NCBI GenBank assembly: GCA_009991595.1
Contig: JAACVK010000022.1
Span: 14,965 to 78,964, forward strand
DNA: 64,000 nt
Reading direction: 5' to 3'
Origin: a bacterium
GTDB lineage: Bacteria > Bdellovibrionota > UBA2428
Shown: piece by piece, positions 44,454 through 58,185 of the stretch
Layout: every line of letters starts with the position of its first letter
Position numbering within the stretch: position 1 is the stretch's first letter
Program-made: the position numbers and the translations under genes
Notes under the pieces: generated by a model
Told to the model about the DNA's origin: nothing
What the model saw: the letters and a program-made list of their open reading frames with translations, nothing else
Databases searched by the model: none

Positions 44454-47029
44454 TAGATAACGAAAACGACCCCATCAAAGTTAGAGGCGCCAAGGAACAT
44501 AATTTAAAAAATGTTTCTATTGATATTCCTACTCAAAAGCTAGTCGTGATTACGGGTCCGTCTGGCTCAGGCAAATCAAGCCTTGCTTTTGATACGATAT
44601 TTGCCGAAGGCCAACGTCGCTACATGGAAAGCCTCTCCGCCTACGCACGTCAGTTTTTGGATCAACTTAGCCGGCCTAACGTCGATATGGTTGACGGCTT
44701 ATCGCCGGCGGTAGCAATTGAACAAAAAACTATTTCTAGTCACCCTCGATCAACAGTAGGAACGGTTACCGGGGTATATGATTTTTTACGGCTGCTTTAT
44801 GCTCGCGTCGGAGAAGTAAAGGATCCTGATACAGGAGAAACCCTAACCGCCCATGATGATCAATCAATTTTTGATTACCTAAAAACACTGCCCGCTGGTG
44901 ACAAGGTTCAACTCTATGGAAGTGTTGTCCGAGGAAAAAAGGGTGAGTTCTTAAGAGAATTCGAACAATGGCGTAGAGCCGGATTCACAAAGGTTCTCAT
45001 CGATAAAGAAATGCGAAGTCTCCACGATCCAATTCTCCTCTCACGATACGCACTTCACGACATTGACCTACTAATCGACACAGTTGTCGCCGGAGCAGAA
45101 GATCTAGAAAAAAGAATGCCCGAAGCCTTCCGGCACATAGACAAACTCGCTGACGGCTGGCTTCGCTGCGTTCATATAAAGACTCAAGAGGAAAAATTCT
45201 TTTCTAGAAAAATTGCATCTTCAACTTCAGACAAAACTTTTCCTGAACTAGAGCCCAGACTATTTTCCTTCAACTCTCCCTACGGAATGTGCGAGAAATG
45301 TCGAGGCGTTGGATTTCTTGAGGTAGCCCATAAAAAGACTTCTCGAATTCAAAAGGGGAAGGGTCGCGACGACATCGAATTCTTAGATGATGAAGAGGAA
45401 AACTTTATCACTTGCACGACCTGCAATGGATCGAGATTACGAGAAGAAGCCGCTTGGGTCTTGTTCTGCGGAATGCCAATCTATGAACTAAGCGGTTTAA
45501 CGGCCAATGACCTTAGCCTCCTCTTTAAGCAAAAACTTAAAACCGACGACAACCCTGTAACGAAACGTATCCTGGAGGAAGTGTTAACAAGACTTCACTT
45601 TTTAGATAACGTTGGAGTTGGTTATCTATCCCTAGACAGAAGAACCTCTACCATATCTGGAGGAGAAGCACAGAGAATTCGCCTTGCAACTCAATTAGGC
45701 TCTCAACTTAGCGGCGTTTTATATGTGTTAGACGAGCCAAGTATTGGCTTACATCCAAGAGATAATGGCAAACTTCTCGGTAGCTTGAAAAGACTGCGCG
45801 ACTTGGGCAACACTGTCCTTGTTGTAGAGCATGACGAAGAGACAATGCTGGCTTCCGACTATTTAATCGACATTGGTCCCGGCGCTGGAATCCACGGCGG
45901 AGAAGTGATCACGAAGGGAATTCCTTCTGAGTTTATTAAGGACAAAGACTCTAAAACCGCCGCTTATCTTCGCGGAGAAAAGCTTGTCACAGAAGACAGA
46001 GAGTGTCGCACCGGAAATGGAAATTTCATTGAGATTTCAGGCTGTAGAGGAAACAATCTTAAAAATGTTTCGCTGAGAGTTCCACTGGGTACTTTTTGTG
46101 TTTTTACAGGCGTTAGTGGGTCAGGAAAATCTTCTCTAGTTAGAGACACGCTTGAAGCAGCTATCGTACAAAAATTCTATCGTTCTGTTCGTGATCCTCT
46201 TCCATTTGATAAACTAAGTGGCCTTCAATCAATTGATAAGATTGTTCACGTAAATCAAAAACCCATCGGAAGACTTCCTAGAAGTAATCCCTCTACATAT
46301 ACCGGACTTTTTAGTTTGTTAAGAGACGTCTTTGCCGACACCCCTGACTCCAAAATCAGGGGCTATAAAGCCGGAACCTTTTCGTTTAATGTGAAAGGCG
46401 GCCGTTGTGATGGATGCGAAGGGGCTGGAAAAAAGAAACTAGAGATGCATTTTCTTCCCGATGTTTTCGTCGACTGCGAAGTTTGTAATGGGACTCGGTA
46501 TCGAAGAGAAGTTCTTGAGGTTAGATACCTTGGAAAGAGCATTGCCGATGTTCTCTCCATGAGCGTAGAGGAAGCTTACGAACACTTTAAAAAGAATCCA
46601 AAAATAGAGGCTAAACTCAGTACACTTTTAAACGTTGGCTTGGGATACATAAAGCTAGGACAGCCTTCCCACACTCTCTCCGGCGGTGAAGCCCAGCGAA
46701 TAAAACTTGCCAAAGAACTTTCAAAAAGAAGCACCGGAAAAACTCTCTATGTTTTAGATGAACCAACAACTGGACTTCATTTTGAAGACATTAAGAAGCT
46801 TCTTCACGTGGTTCAAACCCTCACCGACGCAGGTAACACTGTCTTAGTCATTGAACATAATCTTGATGTTATGGCAGCTGCAGATCATCTCGTTGACATG
46901 GGACCTGAAGCTGGTGAAGGCGGTGGAGAAGTTGTTTTTGAAGGAACGCCAAAACAGATGGCTAAATCCACCCTAACCGCTCCCACTGCCGTAGCCATTC
47001 GCGAATATTTTAAGCGCCGCGCTCACTAA
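44450..47029 (+). CDS. uvrA: Excinuclease ABC subunit A, short variant (859 aa)
   Basis: Two ABC modules (GPSGSGKSS, GVSGSGKSS), SGGEAQR twice, FSFNVKGGRC, C-terminal zinc finger. Confidence 0.95.
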   Translation: MIDNENDPIKVRGAKEHNLKNVSIDIPTQKLVVITGPSGSGKSSLAFDTIFAEGQRRYMESLSAYARQFLDQLSRPNVDMVDGLSPAVAIEQKTISSHPRSTVGTVTGVYDFLRLLYARVGEVKDPDTGETLTAHDDQSIFDYLKTLPAGDKVQLYGSVVRGKKGEFLREFEQWRRAGFTKVLIDKEMRSLHDPILLSRYALHDIDLLIDTVVAGAEDLEKRMPEAFRHIDKLADGWLRCVHIKTQEEKFFSRKIASSTSDKTFPELEPRLFSFNSPYGMCEKCRGVGFLEVAHKKTSRIQKGKGRDDIEFLDDEEENFITCTTCNGSRLREEAAWVLFCGMPIYELSGLTANDLSLLFKQKLKTDDNPVTKRILEEVLTRLHFLDNVGVGYLSLDRRTSTISGGEAQRIRLATQLGSQLSGVLYVLDEPSIGLHPRDNGKLLGSLKRLRDLGNTVLVVEHDEETMLASDYLIDIGPGAGIHGGEVITKGIPSEFIKDKDSKTAAYLRGEKLVTEDRECRTGNGNFIEISGCRGNNLKNVSLRVPLGTFCVFTGVSGSGKSSLVRDTLEAAIVQKFYRSVRDPLPFDKLSGLQSIDKIVHVNQKPIGRLPRSNPSTYTGLFSLLRDVFADTPDSKIRGYKAGTFSFNVKGGRCDGCEGAGKKKLEMHFLPDVFVDCEVCNGTRYRREVLEVRYLGKSIADVLSMSVEEAYEHFKKNPKIEAKLSTLLNVGLGYIKLGQPSHTLSGGEAQRIKLAKELSKRSTGKTLYVLDEPTTGLHFEDIKKLLHVVQTLTDAGNTVLVIEHNLDVMAAADHLVDMGPEAGEGGGEVVFEGTPKQMAKSTLTAPTAVAIREYFKRRAH

Positions 47030-47092
47030 GAGTAAATTGACCGACTAGGTTGATACACTTGTTTGTGTTAAAAAAAGCTCTGGGAGGATTAT

Positions 47093-47407
47093 ATGAAAAA
47101 AACGTTAATCTATTTTTCTGCAATTACAACTGTGCTCACCGTAGGCGCTGGCTACTTTTCCAATAAGGCTTCTGCTAAGGACGGGACAAAGCAAACGGTT
47201 TCCGTAGCTTCTTCTGCCCGATATGCTGCCGACACTTTAAACACACAAGGAGCAGCAGTGCTCTGTGGAGATCCAACTTCTTCTAGCTCTTCTGTAAACT
47301 TGAACAGACTTCTTGAAGACGTTGGTCGATACCACAATCAACGCTTTAATATTGCACCAATGGAAACGACCGCGGGTGTTTGCCTTTTCTTAAGCAGCTC
47401 AAATTAA
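47093..47407 (+). CDS. Small exported hypothetical protein
   Basis: SD GGGAGG, signal peptide ending ASA, two Cys. Confidence 0.7.
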   Translation: MKKTLIYFSAITTVLTVGAGYFSNKASAKDGTKQTVSVASSARYAADTLNTQGAAVLCGDPTSSSSSVNLNRLLEDVGRYHNQRFNIAPMETTAGVCLFLSSSN

Positions 47408-48291
47408 TCTTTAGCTGCAATTTCTTCACCAACACGAACAAGAGTTTCAAAACCTTTGTTCGTGTTTTCAATTAAATCGCCTGAGGGAATAACTCCAGAC
47501 GTGGTGAGCATGATTACAGTAGAGCCACCAAAATGGAAGGCGCCCTTCGGCTCTCCTCGCGCAAAGCTCTCTCCAACTTTTTTAAACTGTTCAATCTCTC
47601 CGACACAAATAGCGCCCACTTCTAAATAGATTATCTCAGAAAAGTTCTTAGTTTCTAAGGAGGACAGTTGTCTTTCGTTCTCTAAAAACACATTGGGAAT
47701 TTTTTCCAATGAAATTGGATTCACGGAATGCAGTCGTCCAGGCAGTTGAGAAAGAGAGCGAAGAACCCCTTCATCGGGAAAATGAAAACGATGATAATCC
47801 ACGGGACAAAGTCTAAAAACCCAGACATGACCGCCTTCAAAGTTGTTCATCTTTACGGAATCTCCAACTAGCTCTTTTAAAGAGAGTTGCTTTCCTTTAA
47901 CGGCCAAAGGAGCCAGAGATTGCTTGATCTCAAAAACAGATAGTCTAGCTTCACAGGGGGATCCAAGAGAGTTCTGCTTTGGGGGGAAAAGACGATACTC
48001 TTCTTTTAACTCTCGAATGAAAAAGTCATCAAAGCTCTTAAAGCCACCCGCGGGTGTGACAAATTTATTCATTGAAATTTTAAAGGCTTTAACAAAGGGC
48101 TCGACTTTATTTTTTGAAAAACTTTGTTTTTGTAAAAAACCGTAAACCTTAGAAACTATCTTTTGAATCCAGTAATTTTTTACAATGACTCGCAATAAGA
48201 AGTTTTCATAGAAAACAGAAATCCATCGGGCTCCATAAACCTTTTCTTGAAAAAGTTCTTTTGTATTTCTGTCTATTATCTGAATTTGCAT
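47404..48291 (-). CDS. psd: Phosphatidylserine decarboxylase (GGST-type proenzyme)
   Basis: FDDFFIREL, RLCPVDYHRFHFP, NERQ, EVGA, FGGST self-cleavage motif; ATG 48291. Confidence 0.92.
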   Translation of the reverse strand: MQIQIIDRNTKELFQEKVYGARWISVFYENFLLRVIVKNYWIQKIVSKVYGFLQKQSFSKNKVEPFVKAFKISMNKFVTPAGGFKSFDDFFIRELKEEYRLFPPKQNSLGSPCEARLSVFEIKQSLAPLAVKGKQLSLKELVGDSVKMNNFEGGHVWVFRLCPVDYHRFHFPDEGVLRSLSQLPGRLHSVNPISLEKIPNVFLENERQLSSLETKNFSEIIYLEVGAICVGEIEQFKKVGESFARGEPKGAFHFGGSTVIMLTTSGVIPSGDLIENTNKGFETLVRVGEEIAAKD

Positions 48292-48328
48292 AAAAAAAGG
48301 CTGCCTCTCTTCAAAAAAAGAGGCAGCC
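48292..48328 (-). terminator. Rho-independent terminator after atpE
   Basis: Minus strand GGCTGCCTCT-loop-AGAGGCAGCC followed by T7. Confidence 0.85.
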
Positions 48329-48344
48329 AAACCTAACTACTAAT

Positions 48345-48644
48345 TTAGATCATGAACGCAATTGCGAAAGCGAAAAGCACCAAAGACTCCATAAGTGCCA
48401 AGCTTAACAACAACGGCGTAAACAAAGGCTTGCCAGAAGCAGGGTTTCTACCGATTCCGTCAAGTGCTGCAGATGCTGCACGACTTTGAGAATAACCTAC
48501 GATGGCAGCTGGCAATGCAATACAAAGAGCTTTTGCCAAAGCAATAGTTCCTTCAGAACCAGATGTCGTCATAGTTGCCACAGCTTCTTCTGCAAACGCG
48601 GCTGATGGTAAAAGTGCTGTTGTTAATAGTGCTAATTTTTTCAT
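48345..48644 (-). CDS. atpE: ATP synthase F0 subunit c with N-terminal signal-like extension
   Basis: GIGRNP loop, LMES ion-binding Glu; SD GGAGG. Confidence 0.95.
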   Translation of the reverse strand: MKKLALLTTALLPSAAFAEEAVATMTTSGSEGTIALAKALCIALPAAIVGYSQSRAASAALDGIGRNPASGKPLFTPLLLSLALMESLVLFAFAIAFMI

Positions 48645-48661
48645 ATATATAACCTCCAGGT

Positions 48662-49471
48662 TTAATGGTCGTCTGCGTGAGCGGTTGCCATACCCACATA
48701 GATCATTGATAACATTGTAAAGACAAAGGCCTGAATGAACGCTACCAACAGTCCCAAAATAAAAACTGGAACTGGACCAACACTGGCAATAATGTGGCCT
48801 ATGATACTTCCAAACACGCCTAAAGATTCGTTCAAAAATCCGGTAAGATCTTTAAACAAATCGTTAACAATTCCGTAAACCGTATGATCGGCATAAATAT
48901 TTGACCTTAGACGGAAGCCTAAAGTGATCGGTCTAACCATATTCGAAACTAGTTCAATGGGGAACATAACAAGCCCTAAGGTTGGAAGTAGAATTCCTCT
49001 AAGGTGACCTGTGTAATCCTCTAAATATTGAAACCCTCGAGCTTTAAAACCAACAAAGTTGTAATAAAGAAAAACGAAAAAACCCATTGAAAGTGTTGAA
49101 TTCAAATTATCGGTGGCCGAGCCAAACCCAGGCAACGATCCCATTAAGTTATTCACAAGCGTCCAAAGAAAAACAAAAATCATCATCGGCAGATAAGCCG
49201 CATAGTGATCTCCAATAATATCTTTAGCTAAGTTCTGAACAAACTCGCCGGGTAGCTCAAAAAGGTTTTTTATACCCAAGTTTGCACTTGGAACTAAGTC
49301 GTTGTCGGACATTTTAGAAGCGTCGCCGCGAGATGAAGCCGCTCGGTAGGCAACGCCTCCAACAATGAGAAGGCCTGCGGTAATCCCTGCAGCCGCAATG
49401 TGCGGATGAGCCGTAATATCTTCATTTCCTAAGAGGTCCCAAACCTTAAAACCAGCTGCCATTTCAGGCAC
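48662..49471 (-). CDS. atpB: ATP synthase F0 subunit a
   Basis: NNLMG, PIELVS..RPITLGFRL..N, IQAFVFTMLS. Confidence 0.95.
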   Translation of the reverse strand: MPEMAAGFKVWDLLGNEDITAHPHIAAAGITAGLLIVGGVAYRAASSRGDASKMSDNDLVPSANLGIKNLFELPGEFVQNLAKDIIGDHYAAYLPMMIFVFLWTLVNNLMGSLPGFGSATDNLNSTLSMGFFVFLYYNFVGFKARGFQYLEDYTGHLRGILLPTLGLVMFPIELVSNMVRPITLGFRLRSNIYADHTVYGIVNDLFKDLTGFLNESLGVFGSIIGHIIASVGPVPVFILGLLVAFIQAFVFTMLSMIYVGMATAHADDH

Positions 49472-49519
49472 TCTTCTAACGTCTAGGAGCTCGATTTGTA
49501 AAAGGATAATTTCTAGAAA

Positions 49520-49843
49520 TTAACTTTGATTTGGAAAGAATTTACTAGCAATTGTGACCAGCAACATCGTTCCCATTAAGCCCACACCAAAGCCAAGAGG
49601 GCCTTTCAAAGTTGGAACCGCTAGAAACACCAGATATCCGGCAAGTGCAAATTGCAAAACCAAGACTATTACACCTAAAAGCATGAAAAAATTAGACTTA
49701 TTGCTCTCTGCTTGAGCCTTAAAAATCATCTTGACGCCAAGCATTAATCCAAGGGTCGAAACCAGACCTGTGGCAACACCAAAGGCCACATCGTTTAGCT
49801 GAAAACTGAATATTTCACTCATCATCATAAGATATCCCTTCAA
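49520..49843 (-). CDS. AtpI-like membrane protein
   Basis: Small polytopic protein between atpZ-like gene and atpB; start uncertain. Confidence 0.6.
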   Translation of the reverse strand: MKGYLMMMSEIFSFQLNDVAFGVATGLVSTLGLMLGVKMIFKAQAESNKSNFFMLLGVIVLVLQFALAGYLVFLAVPTLKGPLGFGVGLMGTMLLVTIASKFFPNQS

Positions 49844-50072
49844 AGACCTTTATAACGTGGAAGATTGAAACTGAAAAAAAGAGGAACATCAAAGAAATTC
49901 GAAAAATTGATTTGAATCCAAAATGATCATCCAACATGGCCCCAAGCCACCAGCCGCCACCTGCGGCTACACCTATTTCTAGCCCAAGGGACATGCCCAG
50001 CCCCAGCAAGAACATCCCGCCTCTTTTTCCTTTAGCTGATTTTTTTAAAGACACGATCAACTTTGCCCTCAA
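49815..50072 (-). CDS. AtpZ/AtpI (ATPase gene 1) family protein; real start likely downstream (e.g. ATG 50015)
   Basis: GLEIG...GWWLGAMLDDHFG motif, 2 TM, upstream of atpB. Confidence 0.75.
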   Translation of the reverse strand: MRAKLIVSLKKSAKGKRGGMFLLGLGMSLGLEIGVAAGGGWWLGAMLDDHFGFKSIFRISLMFLFFSVSIFHVIKVFEGISYDDE

Positions 50073-51333
50073 GACCGTTTTTTAAGGCCGCCCCATGAGC
50101 CGTCGACAAAAAATAAGCTTCGTAAGATGAAGGAGGAATCATTATTCCCTCTTCTATCATTGCCCAGAAATAACGAGAAAACAGCTCATGGTTTATATCC
50201 GTCGCATCACGAGCATTCTCTGGATTATGCTTTCTAAAAAACACGCTAAACATGGATCCCCTTCGAATAACGTTGGCATCAATCTTGTATTTTTCAATGG
50301 CAGATTCAAAAATCGATTGAGTCCAAGAGCCTAATTCTTCCATCTGCGAAAATGGTTCTTCCTTTTCTATCAAATCAAGCATGGCAAGTCCGGCAGCAAT
50401 TCCCACTGGATTACCCGACAAAGTTCCCGCTTGGTAAACTTTTCCCATGGGCGCAAGACACTCCATTATCTCTTGAGTCCCAGCTAAGGCGGAAACAGGC
50501 ATTCCACCTCCCACAACTTTTCCCAAACAGCACAAGTCTGGCTTAATATTGTAGAGCCCCTGTGCAGAGGTTGAGGAAGCTCGAAAGCCACTCATAACTT
50601 CATCTAAAATAAGAACCGCTTTATGGGCCGTGCACAGCTTTCTCAGTCTATCAAGCCATTCAACTTTAGCTGGGATAACACCCATGTTTCCCATAACAGG
50701 CTCCAAAATCACACCAGCTAAATTGTCGCCCTCTTCTTTAAAAAACTCTTCAAGTAAAATCTCACTATTAAAGGGTAGAACTCTTACACTCTCTGCCACA
50801 GATTTAGGTAAACCATCTGAGTCAGGATTCAACTCGTTCGAAAGTGTGGCAATGCCAGAGCCAGAGTCCACCATCAACCAGTCAACATGACCATGGTAGT
50901 GTCCCGAGAACTTCAGAATAACTTCTTTTTTCGTATATCCTCGAGCTAGACGTATAGCTGTCATACAAGCCTCGGTGCCTGAATTCATAGCTCGAACACG
51001 ATCTAAATTTGGGAAGTGTTTTAGCAATCTCTCACTCCACTCAATTTCCACTTCCGTGGTTAACCCAAAACCTAACCCCTTTTTTGCAGCCTCATGAATT
51101 CTTTCCACTATCAAGGGATGCGCATGTCCAAAGAGATGAGGGCCATAGCTTAAAACTAAGTCGATGTATTTATTTCCGTCTAAATCAAAAACATGTGCAC
51201 CGCTTGCGTGAGATGCCAACAAAGGAGTCCTACCCACTCTAGCAAAGCTTCGAACGGGAGAATTCACACCGCCAACAATAACCTTTTGAGCTCTTTGATG
51301 AGCCTGTTTAGATTTTTCTAAAGAAAGCGTCAT
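50032..51333 (-). CDS. hemL: Glutamate-1-semialdehyde 2,1-aminomutase
   Basis: GGVNSPVR, NSGTEA, YHGH, DEVMSGFR, LGKVVGGG, AGTLSGNP. Confidence 0.97.
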   Translation of the reverse strand: MTLSLEKSKQAHQRAQKVIVGGVNSPVRSFARVGRTPLLASHASGAHVFDLDGNKYIDLVLSYGPHLFGHAHPLIVERIHEAAKKGLGFGLTTEVEIEWSERLLKHFPNLDRVRAMNSGTEACMTAIRLARGYTKKEVILKFSGHYHGHVDWLMVDSGSGIATLSNELNPDSDGLPKSVAESVRVLPFNSEILLEEFFKEEGDNLAGVILEPVMGNMGVIPAKVEWLDRLRKLCTAHKAVLILDEVMSGFRASSTSAQGLYNIKPDLCCLGKVVGGGMPVSALAGTQEIMECLAPMGKVYQAGTLSGNPVGIAAGLAMLDLIEKEEPFSQMEELGSWTQSIFESAIEKYKIDANVIRRGSMFSVFFRKHNPENARDATDINHELFSRYFWAMIEEGIMIPPSSYEAYFLSTAHGAALKNGLEGKVDRVFKKIS

Positions 51334-52157
51334 AAGTTTCTTTCTTTCCTTCTTTTTTCTAATGCTTTAATCTTCAACTCCACAACTGCCGGATTTGGAT
51401 AAGCCTGGCTAGCGAGTTTATATAGTTCAATTGCTCTATCTAAATCATCTTTTTCTTCAAAAAGATTTCCCATGGCAAAGAGAGACTCTGCTACCAAAGA
51501 GTCATATTCGGCTCTTCCGCTAAACTGATCATTTACTTTTTTTAACTCTTGTTGGGCCTTGTCCAAATTTCCTGCAGACAGCAAAGCTGTTCCCATGTTG
51601 AGCATTGCTCTTGGTCCGAGCTTGTGTCCGGGAAACTTAGTTAAAAACTCTTGGTATCGAATAGCTGCTGAACTAAACATTTGTGCCTCTTTAAGAACTT
51701 CTGCAAAATTCAAAATAATTTGATCAGCATCATTGGTCTCAAGGCCAAACTCATTATAGATTTTTTGGTATTCTTCAGCTGCTTTTCGAGGATCTTCTAA
51801 GTCTTCTCTATATATGTCAGCGATCAGCCTTAAGGTGCCTATCTTAGAATCTGCTTCATTTGACAAGTTAAATTTTCGGCGTAGTGCCACAATCGCATTT
51901 GCTGGATCTTTAAGTTTGTTCCGTTGTATTTCAGCAATTCGATCCAAGGCGGTAAGCGCCATTCTCTTTTTTGGCTCTATTTCGATGACTTTTGAATACT
52001 CTTCAACAGAACGCTTAAACTGCCCTTGCAAAAAATATTCCTCGCCTAGCTTAAAATGCTTTTCGGGAACATTTAATGAACAACCGAAGACAAGAAAAAG
52101 AGCCGTAGAAAGGCAAACTTTCTTAATGAACAGTTTTGTCCTCAGCGTCAACTTCAT
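51330..52157 (-). CDS. TPR-repeat lipoprotein
   Basis: Lipobox-like LVFGC, multiple TPR repeats; ATG 52157 preferred (overlaps the gyrA end). Confidence 0.75.
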   Translation of the reverse strand: MKLTLRTKLFIKKVCLSTALFLVFGCSLNVPEKHFKLGEEYFLQGQFKRSVEEYSKVIEIEPKKRMALTALDRIAEIQRNKLKDPANAIVALRRKFNLSNEADSKIGTLRLIADIYREDLEDPRKAAEEYQKIYNEFGLETNDADQIILNFAEVLKEAQMFSSAAIRYQEFLTKFPGHKLGPRAMLNMGTALLSAGNLDKAQQELKKVNDQFSGRAEYDSLVAESLFAMGNLFEEKDDLDRAIELYKLASQAYPNPAVVELKIKALEKRRKERNL

Positions 52158-54600
52158 CAACTTCCTGCACAACGGCAACCGCATTAACCTGCTCGCCTTC
52201 AGAGACACGAATCACACGCACACCCTGGGTATTTCTACCAATTTCAGAAATGCTCGAAGCCGGCGTTCTAATTAATTGACCAACGTTACTAATGATTAAA
52301 ACATCATCAATGGCTCTAACTTTCTTAACTCCGACAAGCTCGCCAATTTTATCGCTTACTTTAATATTAATGATTCCCGAACCACCACGACCTTGTTTTC
52401 TATACTCAGAACACGGAGTTCTCTTTCCATATCCCTTCGTTGAAATGCTCAATAAAGAGATTTCACTAGCATTAGCGTGGGGAATGATCGCCATATCAAC
52501 AACTCGGTCTTCTTTAGAAAGAGAAATTCCTTTGACTCCGCGAGCGGTTCTTCCCATAGCTCGAACATCAGACTCAGCAAAGCGAATGCTTTGACCGTTG
52601 CATGTTGCTAAAAACACATCATCATTACTCTCACAAAGAGCTGCATCGATGAGCTCATCGCCCTCATCCACGCTCAATGCAATGATTCCATTGGCTCGAA
52701 CATTTTTAAAAGCCATAAGGTCAGTCTTTTTAATTATGCCTTGTTTAGTTGCCATCACAATAAATTTATCTTCAGAAAACTCTGCAACCGGAAGAATAGA
52801 TAATACTCTTTCTTCTTTCTCTAATTGTAAGAACTGAACAATCGGACGTCCACGAGCTGTGCGGCTCATTTCAGGAATTCTGTGAACCTTCAACCAATGA
52901 AGCTTTCCAGTGTTTGTGAAGCAGAGCAAATAAGAAAGAGTAGAGGCTACAAACAAATCGCTAACAAAATCATCATCCGCACCGGTGGCAGCGCCACGAA
53001 TCCCCTTGCCTCCACGACCCTGCGCCTTATAGGCATCTACAGAACCACGTTTCACATATCCAGCTTTAGATACAGTAACAACAACTTGTTCATCTCGAAC
53101 AAAGTCTTCAACGTCATAACCTCGTTCTTCATCATAGGAAATTTCGGATCGTCTTTCATCTCCGTAAATTTCCAAGGCTTCGTTCAACTCTGTTTTAATA
53201 ACTTTATAAAGCTCTTCGTTGCTGCTCAAAATGAGATTAAGCCCTGCAATTTGCTTCATGATAGATTCAAGTTCATCTACAAGTTTTTGCGTTTCTAAAG
53301 CTGTTAATTTTTGAAGCCTCATATCAAGCACAGCTTGTGCTTGTTTTTCACTCATTCCAAAACGGTTCTGTAAGCCACTTCTTGCTGCTTGAGCAGAATC
53401 AGCTTTCTTTATTAAATTTACAACTTCATCAATATTATCGAGAGCAATTTTTAAACCTAATAAGATGTGTTCTCGTGCTTTTGCTTTATTTAATTCAAAG
53501 ACCGTTCTTCGTGTTACTACGTCTGCTCTGTGATCAACAAAGGACTGTATACACTCCTTGAGGTTAAAAAGCTTAGGTCTTCCGTTATCAATGGCCAGAA
53601 GAATAATTCCAAAGCTAGTTTTTAACTGAGTCTTCGCATAAAGCGTATTTAAAACAACTTGGGCTTGTTCACCTTTTTTTAGTTCAATAACGACTCGAAT
53701 ATCATCTCGAGACGATTCATCTCTAAGGTCAGAAATTCCTTCAATCACCTTATCGCGAACATAGTGTGCTATAGACTCAATCCAATTTGCTTTATTTACC
53801 TGATATGGAAGCTCAGTAACAATAATCGCTTCTCGGTCTTTGCCCCAAGCCTCAACTTCAGCTCGCCCCTTCATCACGAAAGAGCCTCGGCCGTATCGAT
53901 AAGCATTTTTAATTCCACCTACATTGGAAATAATTCCTGATGTAGGAAGATCTGGCCCTGGAATAATTTTCATTAATTCTTCAAGATCAATTTCAGGGTT
54001 ATCAACAACAGCAATACAGCCCTTTAGAATTTCTGAAATGTTGTGTGGAGGGATGTTCGTAGACATCCCCACTGCTATACCGCTCGATCCATTCACTAAA
54101 AGGTTAGGAATACGAGTAGGCAGAACCCTAGGCTCTGACATGCTTCCATCATAGTTTGGAATAAAACTAACAGTATCTTTTTCAATGTCCGTAAGAATGT
54201 TTCCACCTAGACGAGACATTCTACACTCTGTGTATCTCATAGCGGCCGCACTATCGCCGTCTATAGAGCCAAAGTTACCTTGACCATCGATTATAGGATA
54301 GCGTTGTGAGAAATCTTGTGCCATTCGAACCATGGCATTGTAAACAGCAGAGTCACCATGCGGATGGTATTTACCAATAACGTCACCCACAACACGGGCA
54401 GACTTTAAGTATTTTTTATCGTAAGTATTGCCAAGCTCATTCATAGCAAAAAGAATTCTTCTATGAACAGGTTTTAAACCATCTCGAACATCTGGAAGAG
54501 CTCGGCCGGCAATAACCGACATGGCATACTCTAAGTATGCTCCTTGCATTTCTTCTTCGAGTTTAATTACTTTAATGTGGTCGTTTTTATTTTCTTCCAT
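52123..54600 (-). CDS. gyrA: DNA gyrase subunit A
   Basis: [22 protein letters not shown], GyrA-box QGRGGKG. Confidence 0.99.
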   Translation of the reverse strand: MEENKNDHIKVIKLEEEMQGAYLEYAMSVIAGRALPDVRDGLKPVHRRILFAMNELGNTYDKKYLKSARVVGDVIGKYHPHGDSAVYNAMVRMAQDFSQRYPIIDGQGNFGSIDGDSAAAMRYTECRMSRLGGNILTDIEKDTVSFIPNYDGSMSEPRVLPTRIPNLLVNGSSGIAVGMSTNIPPHNISEILKGCIAVVDNPEIDLEELMKIIPGPDLPTSGIISNVGGIKNAYRYGRGSFVMKGRAEVEAWGKDREAIIVTELPYQVNKANWIESIAHYVRDKVIEGISDLRDESSRDDIRVVIELKKGEQAQVVLNTLYAKTQLKTSFGIILLAIDNGRPKLFNLKECIQSFVDHRADVVTRRTVFELNKAKAREHILLGLKIALDNIDEVVNLIKKADSAQAARSGLQNRFGMSEKQAQAVLDMRLQKLTALETQKLVDELESIMKQIAGLNLILSSNEELYKVIKTELNEALEIYGDERRSEISYDEERGYDVEDFVRDEQVVVTVSKAGYVKRGSVDAYKAQGRGGKGIRGAATGADDDFVSDLFVASTLSYLLCFTNTGKLHWLKVHRIPEMSRTARGRPIVQFLQLEKEERVLSILPVAEFSEDKFIVMATKQGIIKKTDLMAFKNVRANGIIALSVDEGDELIDAALCESNDDVFLATCNGQSIRFAESDVRAMGRTARGVKGISLSKEDRVVDMAIIPHANASEISLLSISTKGYGKRTPCSEYRKQGRGGSGIINIKVSDKIGELVGVKKVRAIDDVLIISNVGQLIRTPASSISEIGRNTQGVRVIRVSEGEQVNAVAVVQEVDEVDAEDKTVH

Positions 54601-54612
54601 AAGTCAAACGCC

Positions 54613-58168
<3,556 letters not shown>

Positions 58169-58185
58169 CGGTTTTCCATCAAGAC

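Noticed and set aside
48345-51333. Missing atpF/H/A/G/D/C as an incomplete ATP synthase
   Set aside because: A split atp operon with the F0 a/c genes next to hemL is a known arrangement in delta-proteobacterial-type genomes.
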